Program-made: the position numbers and the translations under genes | Notes under the pieces: generated by a model | The model's database searches: none | What the model was told of the DNA's origin: nothing | What the model saw: only the letters and a program-made list of their open reading frames with translations | Source of the DNA: Octopus bimaculoides | Lineage: Eukaryota | DNA: 36,821 nt | Assembly: GCF_001194135.2 (NCBI RefSeq) | Contig: NC_068982.1 | Location: 142,094,907 to 142,131,727 of the forward strand | Direction: 5' to 3' | Shown: positions 22,728-32,799 of the stretch, one piece after another | Position numbering within the stretch: the first letter of the stretch is position 1 | Layout: the number at the start of each line of letters is the position of its first letter

Positions 22728-23778
22728 TGGTTCTTTGTCAAACCGATCTCGGCAAAAATAATGTAGTGGGTAGTTATTGGCCGATTTTCTGCCAGGTTCT
22801 GAAGTCGAAATTGATGACAGCGTTATCTAACTGTGTGTACAATTTCCTGGAAATCAATGACAAACTGCTAGTCGAACAGAAGGGATGCAGGAGAAAAAGC
22901 CGAGGGACAAAGGATCATCACCTTACAGACAGAATGGTGCTGAACGACTGCAAGAAAGAACGTACTAATTTGGGTATGGAATGCATCAAGTATTAGAAAC
23001 CATATGACATGGTCCCCCATTCCTGGATTTTTGAGTTTGTTCAGCTGTCTGATAACATTTTAAATTTTATCAGGAGGTCATAGAATAACAGGCATAAAAA
23101 ATGAAAGAATTTCGCATATGGTGGCTGAATGTAGCAAACTGGCTCGGAAAATATAAAAAATGCACGATAATGCAGCTAAGTATGCTCACTGCCGATCGTA
23201 TGAGAATTATAGTTTTCAAAAGGGTTTGAAATGATTTGAGAATAAACCAGGTGTCTCCGAGAATAATTAGCATAACATTTTGTGGGATTTTACAAACCAG
23301 TGTGATTCAGTGATTGATGCTCGGAGACCGGATATTTTTGTAGCTGATAAATTAATGAAGAGAACCAAGACCGTAGATTTTGCCATAGCACGAGATGTAC
23401 AAGTGTATGATAAAGAATGGGAAAAGATTGAGAAGCAAAAGCCGCTAAAAGATGAGGTTGCACGAATGTGGACAATGAAGAAATCAATTGTCATCCCAGT
23501 AGTTGTAGAGGCATTGGGAATATTAATAACCCTGGTTGAGGAATTTCTGCGAGATATTAGGATCGACATGGGAGTAGAATACTATTCTGTTGGGACAGCA
23601 AGGATTTTGAGATTGATCTCTGGATATTAAGTATCGGGGAAAAAGACCCTGTAAGAGCCTTGACAAAAAGTTGTTTCTTGCTCTCAGAGAATTAGCCGGA
23701 ACAAGTGAAATCGAGAGTTCTGAGAAGAGAAACGACAGCAACAACAACAGCAGCAATAATAAAAATAATAATAATAAT
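22728..23778 (+). mobile_element. R4/Dong-like RLE LINE (copy D3): RT N-terminal motifs joined to zinc-knuckle/RLE end, with (AAC)/(AAT)n tail
   Basis: Reads SYWPIFC...LLVEQKGCRRKSRGTKDH...KY*KPYDMVPHSWI (RT motifs), ERISHMVAECSKLA (knuckle), LWDFTNQCDSVIDARRPDIFVADK...VDFAI..D...KEWEKIEK...EVARMWTMKK..VIPVVVEALG...GTARILR (PD..D RLE). The AAT tail runs into a 10-N gap. Confidence 0.85.
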
Positions 23779-23788
23779 NNNNNNNNNN

Positions 23789-23830
<42 letters not shown>

Positions 23831-24037
23831 TCTTTCTATTATAGGAACAAGGCCAGAAATTTGGGGAAGGGGGTCAGTTGATTAGACCGAGCCCACTACA
23901 CAACTGGTACTTGGTTTATCGACCCCGAAAGGACGAAAGGCAAAGTTGACTTCGGCGGAATTCAAACGTAAGGACGGACGAAATATCGCAAAGCATTTTG
24001 TCCGGCGTGCTAACGATTGTTAGCAGTTCGCCACCTT
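23831..24037 (-). mobile_element. SINE family C, full length, flanked by (AAT)n on both sides
   Basis: Co-linear with 19205-19419; AAT repeats at 23789-23830 and 24037-24049. Confidence 0.9.
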
Positions 24038-25650
24038 AATAATAATAATCTGCTCTCAGATTGATCCACTCGAATGTTCCCACGAGCAACTTGGACGCCA
24101 GAAGAAATATGAAGTGTGGTGGAGGTTTGCTAAATGCTCAGTTGTCTCAGCTAAAAGACTTTTGATATGGTTCCAATCTGCAGTTTCTCCTTTACTGTTC
24201 TCTCTACTGTGTATGTATTTCTTCACAAACTAGTACATTGCAAATTCCATCGTCCTCCTGAATTTCCTTTACGAATTCTTTTAGGAAAGACCAGGTGTAC
24301 GTCTCTGGATGTCTTTCCACAGTTGTAATGTAAAATACACTTGCATCGGATACGTCTTCCGTTCAATATTCTATTGGGGGTACACTTAAGAATATTGCAA
24401 CATTTTCTCTTTGACACACACACGCCGTAATTGAAATTATTCCCTATTCAAACCCTGCAACCTAGAAAAAGTGTTTCCATCGCAACTGTTTTTTAATATT
24501 TTCGTTTAGTAAAACGTCTGAGTTCTGGTGTTGTACTTGTTATGTTGTCATTTTTTGCTATATTCTTACGAATATTTACATAATTGCTAGTGTTGTCCAT
24601 CAAGAATTCATTAATTTCTAATAAAATATTTACTATTTACTGAGAAAATACGTTTGTTTTCCATTAAGTTTTGTTAGCTTTCTGAGTCGTTAAATTTAAT
24701 TCACCTGTTGTAGAAGTGGACGTCGTGTAAGTAGTTGTCATTTTCGGTGTAAGGGAATACGTGAATAGAAAATATAAATCTAACGTTTTGAAAATGACAA
24801 ACTGTTTTCTATTAGTATGAGAAAAGGAGTATTCAGATATATTCCGAAGCACTCTCTGATAGAAATATTGAAAAAGTAATGCTTTTTCTTTTAGTTAACA
24901 TAACTGAAAATAATAAACCGTTCCACTGACATCGCGCTCGCTTAGATGCAGCAGAAAATGTCAAATACCATGTAGTGAGTCAGAAAGAGCGTAAACATAT
25001 GCCCCGGCAATCCTAGCGCCGCCGATGGCAACATCAGCCCGCACTTCAAGGAATGTTTAACCTACACTGAATTCGGTTTCTCATTTATTTATTTTTCCTG
25101 ATGATGCACCAGCATGAGATCCTTACTCTTCTCGCCTTTTAAGGTGAAGAATTTGGTTCGGTTAACATGTCAGATCGGACAAAGCATGGCGTTTGCGTTT
25201 TTCCCTTCAAGGCTTCATTATTTGTAAGTGAATGCAACACAAAGGATTTTAACCTGAGTCTGTCATTTAAAGAGACGAACTATATTAATCGCCTCACAGC
25301 AAACTGAACTCGCGCTAATGAATAAAATTTGAGGCTAAATTAATTCACGCAATTATTCTCAACCATTCACCGTTATCATTATTTCATTCCTAATTCCTGA
25401 CAGTTGTAGCAGTTGATAGGGCAATAGCAATACCAAATGCAGGCACAAATCAAGGATTCTCAAATAAACAGCAGTTGACAATTATAGCCCGAGCATCTGT
25501 GTACGGAAACAGCAACATGTGACCATTTGGCAGCTCTTCTAGAATTTAACGACCGAAAAGCACAATAATTTACAACCGTAATCTAAGATGTCATGTTGCT
25601 CACACAGACTTAAAAATAAATAGTACAAAATATTTACAATACCATTATAT

Positions 25651-25654
<4 letters not shown>

Positions 25655-25718
<64 letters not shown>

Positions 25719-25745
25719 NNNNNNNNNNGTGTGTGTGTGTGTGTG
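25655..25745. repeat. (TG)n microsatellite with a 10-N gap
   Basis: Seen directly. Confidence 0.95.
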
Positions 25746-25842
25746 GGTGTGTGTGAGAGCGAGCGTGTATCTGTGCGTGTGTGAGCGTGTATCTGTGTGT
25801 GTGCGTAAATACTTATTCTTACATACATACATACATACATAT

Positions 25843-26505
25843 TTTTTCGTTTTGGGTTCAGTCCGAGGAGTGCGGCCATGCTGGAGCTCCGTCGTTTGCT
25901 TTGCTACTCTTTCTCTAAACCTACTCTGATATGTGACATTTGCTGGAAGAAGGAGTTTGACGTTACTACCCTCATCTATATTTTTTGCTATGAGGTAGGT
26001 TCACCCGGACCTCCATTGACAGAAAGAGATCCAATTTTGTTTTGAAAACTCCCACATCTAAGCTATGCAAATCTCTCAGGCTGGGCCCTTGAAGCCCAAG
26101 CTGTTGCAGTGTCTGCTCCTGTATCTTGAAGGCAATGTTCAGATATTTAAACTAAACAGTGGTGCCCCCTCCTGTTGTTTGTGTACCGGAGATTTGCAAA
26201 GTTTGGTACAGATATTTCTAGGATCTTCCAGATGTATGTTACTTCATATCTTTCCCGCTTTCATTTTAGGGAGTAGAATATTAACTTTTCAGTCTCTCCC
26301 AGAAGCTGATATGTCGCATTGTGTCGATCATTTTTGCGTAGCTTCACTCGATCGCCTCGGTTTCCTTCGTTAATGTAACACTGTTTGTTGATCAAAGTAG
26401 GGAGCAGTAATCCAGACGGTTTAGAACGAAAGTCCTCCACAGGAACATCATGGTTTCCTTTTCTCTCGTTTTGAAATTTCGAATGATCTATCCGTGCATT
26501 TAATC
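25843..26505 (-). mobile_element. CR1-clade LINE ORF2 C-terminal relic with 3' end (second copy, related to 16255-17235)
   Basis: The minus strand reads G*IIRNFKTREKETMMFLWRTFVLNRLDYCSLL*...EAIE*SYAKMIDTMRHISFWERLK...YSLK*KRERYEVTYIWKILE..VPNF. The stretch CAACAGCTTGGGCTTCAAGGGCCCAG resembles 16947-16970, and the tail is CGGAGCTCCAGCATGGCCGCA...GACTGAA. It is cut by the gap at 26506. Confidence 0.85.
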
Positions 26506-27794
26506 NNNNNNNNNNNNNNNNNNNNNNNNNNNNNNNNNNNNNNNNNNNNNNNNNNNNNNNNNNNNNNNNNNNNNNNNNNNNNNNNNNNNNNNNNNNNNNN
26601 NNNNNNNNNNNNNNNNNNNNNNNNNNNNNNNNNNNNNNNNNNNNNNNNNNNNNNNNNNNNNNNNNNNNNNNNNNNNNNNNNNNNNNNNNNNNNNNNNNNN
26701 NNNNNNNNNNNNNNNNNNNNNNNNNNNNNNNNNNNNNNNNNNNNNNNNNNNNNNNNNNNNNNNNNNNNNNNNNNNNNNNNNNNNNNNNNNNNNNNNNNNN
26801 NNNNNNNNNNNNNNNNNNNNNNNNNNNNNNNNNNNNNNNNNNNNNNNNNNNNNNNNNNNNNNNNNNNNNNNNNNNNNNNNNNNNNNNNNNNNNNNNNNNN
26901 NNNNNNNNNNNNNNNNNNNNNNNNNNNNNNNNNNNNNNNNNNNNNNNNNNNNNNNNNNNNNNNNNNNNNNNNNNNNNNNNNNNATATATATATATATATA
27001 TATATATAATCAATCTTCCATTGATGATGTGAGTATAAATACATATAGGTGCATATCTATAGCTATATGTGTTTGCGTGTGTATGTATGTAAGTATATAT
27101 GTATATACGTATATACAGACACATACATAACCACCACATTTCAACACATTTTATAGAACACTGCATTCTATTCAACTTTTCACTTTTTTTTTTCTTTTAG
27201 TAACACATACGTTTTCAGGTAATATTTCTGATGTCAAAACTGAAACATTTTTGTATGTATTAATTAATATTTCTATTTAAATCCGTCTTATTTGTGACAG
27301 CCAAATTATTTTATGAGGACATAAAAAATGTATTTTATCTTTTATTGCGATTATAATAGAATAAATAAACGTTAGCAATTCTTTCTATCCTTACGTTTCT
27401 ATGAATATATATTTTCAACAAGTTCTTGGCATAATTGATGTTTCTAGAAATTCGCGCAAGTGGTTACAAAATTGTTGTTTTGATGATCTTCGTAGTAGTT
27501 GTGGCATTTTATTTTATGTTACAGATACTGCAAATTAATACCAATCCTAAGAAGAATTATTGTAAAATTGATTCCAGCTGTCCCCATTCCATGATATTTG
27601 GCACATCTATTTCTTTACCATTTAATACTTATTATATATTTATATATATATATAAAATTGGTGGGTAAGATTTTAAGTAGATTTAACTACCATATATGTG
27701 TCGAATAAATGCATGGTGAATAGCTCGTTGGCTCGAATGTTGCTGTAGTCGTTCTGTGGACTGTCTTTAATGAATTTAACGGAACATAAATTTC

Positions 27795-27917
27795 ATTCCC
27801 CTGTGAAGCGTTGTGCCCTTGAGCAAAACACTTTATTTCACGTGGCTCCAGTCAACTCAGCTGGAAAAATGAGTACTATCTGTATTTCAACGGGTCAACC
27901 TTGTCTGTGTTACGCTG
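27795..27917 (+). mobile_element. SINE family B core fragment
   Basis: GCGTTGTGCCCTTGAGCAAAACACTTTATTTCACGTGGCTCCAGTCAACTCAGCTGGAAAAATGAGTAC matches the reverse complement of 530-600. Confidence 0.8.
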
Positions 27918-29385
27918 TTTTTTTTGTTTTGTTCATGTTTTGTGTTTCTTTGTATCATATTCCCTTGCTTCTGAAGTAGCTTTTTCTGTAATCCTATGAT
28001 GGTTATTTTCTAATAGCTTTCTAGCTGTATGTAGCCTCTACCACATTCGATGCGTTGTATATATAACCTTTCTATGTCAGAATTTGGGCGATGTATCTTA
28101 AATTCTGTCATTATTTTTCTTGTTTTCATGTCTATTTTGATTAGTTCGTTTAGAGTCCAGTTAAGAATATTGAAGCTGTAACTTATATCTCGGACGGCTA
28201 GGGTACTGATACCTATTATCTTGTTTTTAATATTGAGCTCTGTTTTTAGTATTAATCTAACTTGTCTAAAGTATTCCTTTCTTATTTTCTCTTTCATTTG
28301 TGTGTTGTATCGTATCTAGTTCATTGATTCCTAAGTATTTCTATGTCTGTTTTGGGTCTAATTCTCTTATTTCATTTGCTTTATCTAGTGAGTTGTTGTT
28401 ACTCGTAGTAACTAGTTTTCATTTTTTCAAGGTTGCTTTGGCATACTTTTCTATGCCAAATTTCATGTTTATTTCTTTGGTCTGTAGTAATGTTTCTAGC
28501 TGTTTATCATTTCTAGCATACAGTTCTAGATCATCCATATACAAGAGATGGCTGATTGTTTTGCCGTAACATTTCTATCCACATCCAGTTCTATTTACCA
28601 TGTCACATAAAGGTGTCAGTGCTAAACAGAAAAGGATTGGCGAGGCCATGTCTCCCTGGAATATTCCTCATCTAATGGAGATGGCTTGGTTTTTTATGAG
28701 TCCCTATTTTGTCTGGAGCTGTAGCACTGTTTGCCATTTATTCATGGAATGCTTTATACATTTTATGATTATTGGTGCTACCTTGTTACCTTGTTCATGA
28801 CTAGTGTTTCTAGGATCCATGTGTGGGGAATACAATCAAAAGCTCTTCGATAATCATTCTAAACCATACTTAGACCCTTCTTCTTTCTTCGGTTGTCTTC
28901 AGTTATGGATTCATTGATCAGTAGCTGATCTTTACTGCCGTGTGAGCCCTTGCAGCATCCCTTCTGCTCTTCTGGAAACAAGTTTCTTTCTTCGAGATAT
29001 TTGCTCATTCTCTGCGATATTATTGTAGTAAAGGCTTTGTAAATTGTAGGAAGACAAGTTATCCTTGTGTAATTTTGTGGGTTTGCCGTTTCAGTGGATT
29101 TGGGAATTAGAATAATTTTCCTTTCTGTGCGCCATTCAGGCGTTGTCACTCGCTCTGCTAGTATTTCATTAAACTTTTCAGCCAGCGTTTTATGTATTCC
29201 TGTTAGATAGTTTAACCAGAAGCTGGGGACCTTGTGGTGCCCGGGTGCCTTCCAGTTGCTTAGTTTTTGCAGTGCCTTGATGACCTCTTCAGTTGTTATA
29301 TGAATCAGAGTTGTTCAGGTGCTCTGTTTGTTATTTTGATAGATCTTTTCTGATGCTGTTCCTTCAGCGACTATATTTCTGTATC
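27918..29385 (-). mobile_element. R4/Dong-like RLE LINE (copy D4): frameshifted RT domain, truncated at both ends
   Basis: Minus-strand motifs in order: LSNWKAPG, LIPKS...NYTRITCLPTIYK, EEQKGCCKGSHGSKDQLLI, GIFQGD..SPILFCLAL, HLLYMDDLELY (28530-28541), YKYLGI, KIRKEYFRQVRLILKTELN..NKI, HRPNSDIERLY..R..GRG. The 5' end abuts a long (AAT)n on the element strand. Confidence 0.9.
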
Positions 29386-29404
29386 ATCATCATCATCAAC
29401 ATCA

Positions 29405-29480
<76 letters not shown>

Positions 29481-29491
29481 CATTATTATTA

Positions 29492-29566
<75 letters not shown>

Positions 29567-29600
29567 GCAGCAGCAGCAGCAGAAGCAGTAGTAGTAGTAT
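29386..29600. repeat. (ATC)/(ATT)n/(AGC)/(AGT) compound trinucleotide microsatellite
   Basis: Seen directly; it is the source of the poly-Ile and poly-Asn ORFs. Confidence 0.95.
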
Positions 29601-30994
29601 TTAGATAACGATGATGACAAACAGATTCTAATGTCTTTATTTGACGAAGCACAACTCAATTATAAAACTATTCAAGAATATTTGAAACCATTAATACTTT
29701 TTGCGTGTACAAATCTATAATATGTATATACAAATGATAGCATATTGTTCTACACATCAAATTGATCTGTGACGTCATCCGCATATTAATTAATATTTAG
29801 AAAGAATAAGAATTGATGTTGGTCACTAACTAATATAACTTTATACATTATCACCTCCCATTTTGTCTTTTTATGCTCAATGCATTAAATATGTTCTTAC
29901 TCTCTTAATTATTAATTACCATGCATATAGTGTTTTAAAAGAGTTAACTGCTCATAAATGCGTTTACACTAAAGCAGCAAACATATGTTTCTCTATTTTT
30001 ATTTTACGATTCCATCACTAATTCAGCCATATCAAACAAAGATAATACAATTTCGCTGAAGAATTCCAATGAGAATAAAATATAAGTCTTGAGTTGTCTT
30101 CCTTAATGACCCAGCTAAAGCGATAATGTTCTACTGCAACTAGTATCATTTTTCCTTCACGGCTATCTGATTTTATTGTTTTTGATGTTTGAAGTATTAA
30201 ATGGGTTCTCACATGATTGTCTATATATCCTATAAATCGAACTGACACATATGTATACACGTATTAAGGAAATATAAACTACCATTAGCCTACATATTTA
30301 TCTTACTGTCGATGATTTTGCGGTCAAAAATCAGTAAGGTATAGTTAGCCATAAAACAAAGAAAAGAAAAATTACTTATGAAAATCATTCTCTGAGTGAA
30401 AACATTGTTCTCTTTAACGTTATCGGTGTGCTAGAATGGTTGGGAAAATGTAAATTTATATAGTTCTATATGGAAGTGTTCTATAATCAAATGTTTGTAA
30501 ATGAAAGCCCCTGGACTTTGTGAAACCCTTTAGAAAATCAGATATTAATATGATTATGAATCCGTAACAATTTTTACCATTTTTGATAACAAAAAAAAAT
30601 GATAAAAAAGGAAACTGTAGAACTGTTCAATGTCTCCATGGGAACGTAGAATGTGCCAGGAGAATAACATTATAGCGTTATATATTCTAGAGTTAGTGAG
30701 AAAGACATTTCCTGAAATCGATTGGGATCTACAGCGAGATGATGATCTAACTTCTATCAAGAAAGTGTAATGATCATATATTGGATACAGCTTGGAAAAA
30801 TCTGCTTGCAACATTTCATGGGAAAAGACTCGGCATTACCACCGATATTAAGCTTGTCGTCAAAATTATATACACTCCGTTGAGATTAAATAACAATTGT
30901 TTTAGATCATGCTATAAGGAAACTGAGAATTTCGCATGCACACAAAGGCAATCAAATCTTTAGAAATCAGATTATCGTTACCACACTATTAAAC

Positions 30995-31135
30995 TAACAG
31001 CGGATCTTGAAGCAGTCGAACGCTGTTTCGTCAAGATTTCTCTAAATGCAACAAATGACCTTCTACGAGAGGTTTAAAGAACTGAGGCTAAACATCCTGG
31101 ATCGAAGAAAAATGTGCAATGATATTTATAAATAT
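30995..31135 (+). mobile_element. Old CR1/L2-group LINE C-terminal fragment
   Basis: DLEAVERCFVKIS../QQMTFYERFKELRLNILDRRKMCNDIYK resembles LExVQRxFTKxI...SYxERLxxLxLxxLxxRR. Confidence 0.5.
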
Positions 31136-31878
31136 GCCACGTTTGAGGACATGAAAGATCTCGTGAAATATTGTTCAATCAAGAAAGTCATAATAAACTA
31201 TTTGAAATTCCGATTTCAACATGGTAGATCTTGACTGAGTTGATAACAATTCATTTTCATTAAAATTGGATGATATCGTTTAATGATGCTGAGCTATAAA
31301 ATTCCAGCCATTGTAAGGTTTCTATTAGAACACTTAATGTATATTGTGTGTGATTTCATTCATAACTGAGCTATGTTATTACAATTACCACTGAGCTATG
31401 CAACAACAACCAAGAAACTAGTGATTATCCTCGCTTAAGTTACAATATAATCATACAGTATGAATGAAATATGGAATATAAATCTAATAATTTACTCAAA
31501 GCCTCTGCTACATGAAGCTCTACTACACTCAAATATTTCTAACCAAATATTATCTCAAGAACACAACAGATTACATGAGGCAAACAGTAAAATATTATTA
31601 TAAGTCTAGTGGGATAGAAGTGTGAAAAGGTCGTGAACTATTCTCAACGTATCAAGGCTGTAAAAAAATCAGCTTAAACCATAAAAAACGTTGTCATAGA
31701 AATGATCGCGTTCCTATCAATAATGTAACGTAGGTCATTCCCAATGGTCTATTCCGTTAAACTTAATAACGTTAATAAAACTTCACCGTATAGCTGTTTG
31801 CATTTTAACGACTTAGTCTCTCTTGGAAATATGTATATGTGGATGCTTGTGAGCGTGTAGATATGTGTGTGTGTGTGA

Positions 31879-32799
31879 GAGAGAGAGAGGGAGGAAGAAA
31901 GAGAGGGAATGAGAAAGATAGAAGATGTGAGCGAGAATGAGGAAGAAAGGGAGTGAGGGAATGAGAGAGCTTCTTGTTTGCAATATCTCAAGAACAATTA
32001 AGCAACAGATTTTCACGCAGAAGGATGCACCTCGAAGGCTGGTACCTACGTTTCTTTCCTTCATAGATCCTCGCCTTACAACCAAAGAAAAGAAAATCAG
32101 GTGTGTCTTTCACCTCACCCATTTTCGCCNNNNNNNNNNNNNNNNNNNNNNNNNNNNNNNNNNNNNNNNNNNNNNTATATAGTGGTATACTTATACACAC
32201 ATACATATGTGTGCGCGTGTGAATTTGTATATATGCATACATATGTAACTATATATTAAAAATTATGTAAAATATAATTTATTATACTATATTATATGTT
32301 ATATTCTAAAGGACTATATATATATATATATATATATAGATGCATACAACCACACACACTTATACAGTCACTCACAGACACACACAGATAGATAGATAGA
32401 TAGATATATAGATAGATAGATAGATAGACAGATAGATAGATAGATAGATAGATAGTTAGACACACAGTTATATGCACATACAGAGAAAGCGAGATGGAGA
32501 GGAAGACAGAGAGAGGAATTGAGAGAGCTGGAGAGAGAGAAGAATTGGGAGAGAGAGAGGGAGGAAGAAAGAGAGGGAATGAGAAAGATAGAAGATGTGA
32601 GCGAGAATGAGGAAGAAAGGGAGTGAGGGAATGAGAGAGCTTCTTGTTTGCAATATCTCAAGAACAATTAAGCAACAGATTTTCACGCAGAAGGATGCAC
32701 CTCGAAGGCTGGTACCTACGTTTCTTTCCTTCATAGATCCTCGCCTTACAACCAAAGAAAAGAAAATCAGGTGTGTCTTTCACCTCACCCATTTTCGCC
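31879..32799. repeat. 251-bp direct duplication (31879-32129 and 32549-32799) straddling an N-gap
   Basis: The two copies look identical by eye, with an offset of 670. Copy 1 ends exactly at the gap at 32130-32175. Probably an assembly artefact. Confidence 0.85.
32385..32460. repeat. (GATA)n tetranucleotide microsatellite
   Basis: Seen directly. Confidence 0.95.

Noticed and set aside
24223-24400. Protein-like minus-strand reading (VERHPETYTWSFLKEFVKEIQEDD)
   Set aside because: Only a vague resemblance to MULE-type C-termini, and other frames look equally plausible.
25098-25120. CTGATGA-TGC ACCA GCA with a small hairpin
   Set aside because: It is followed by TGAGAT rather than GAAA, so the catalytic core is incomplete.
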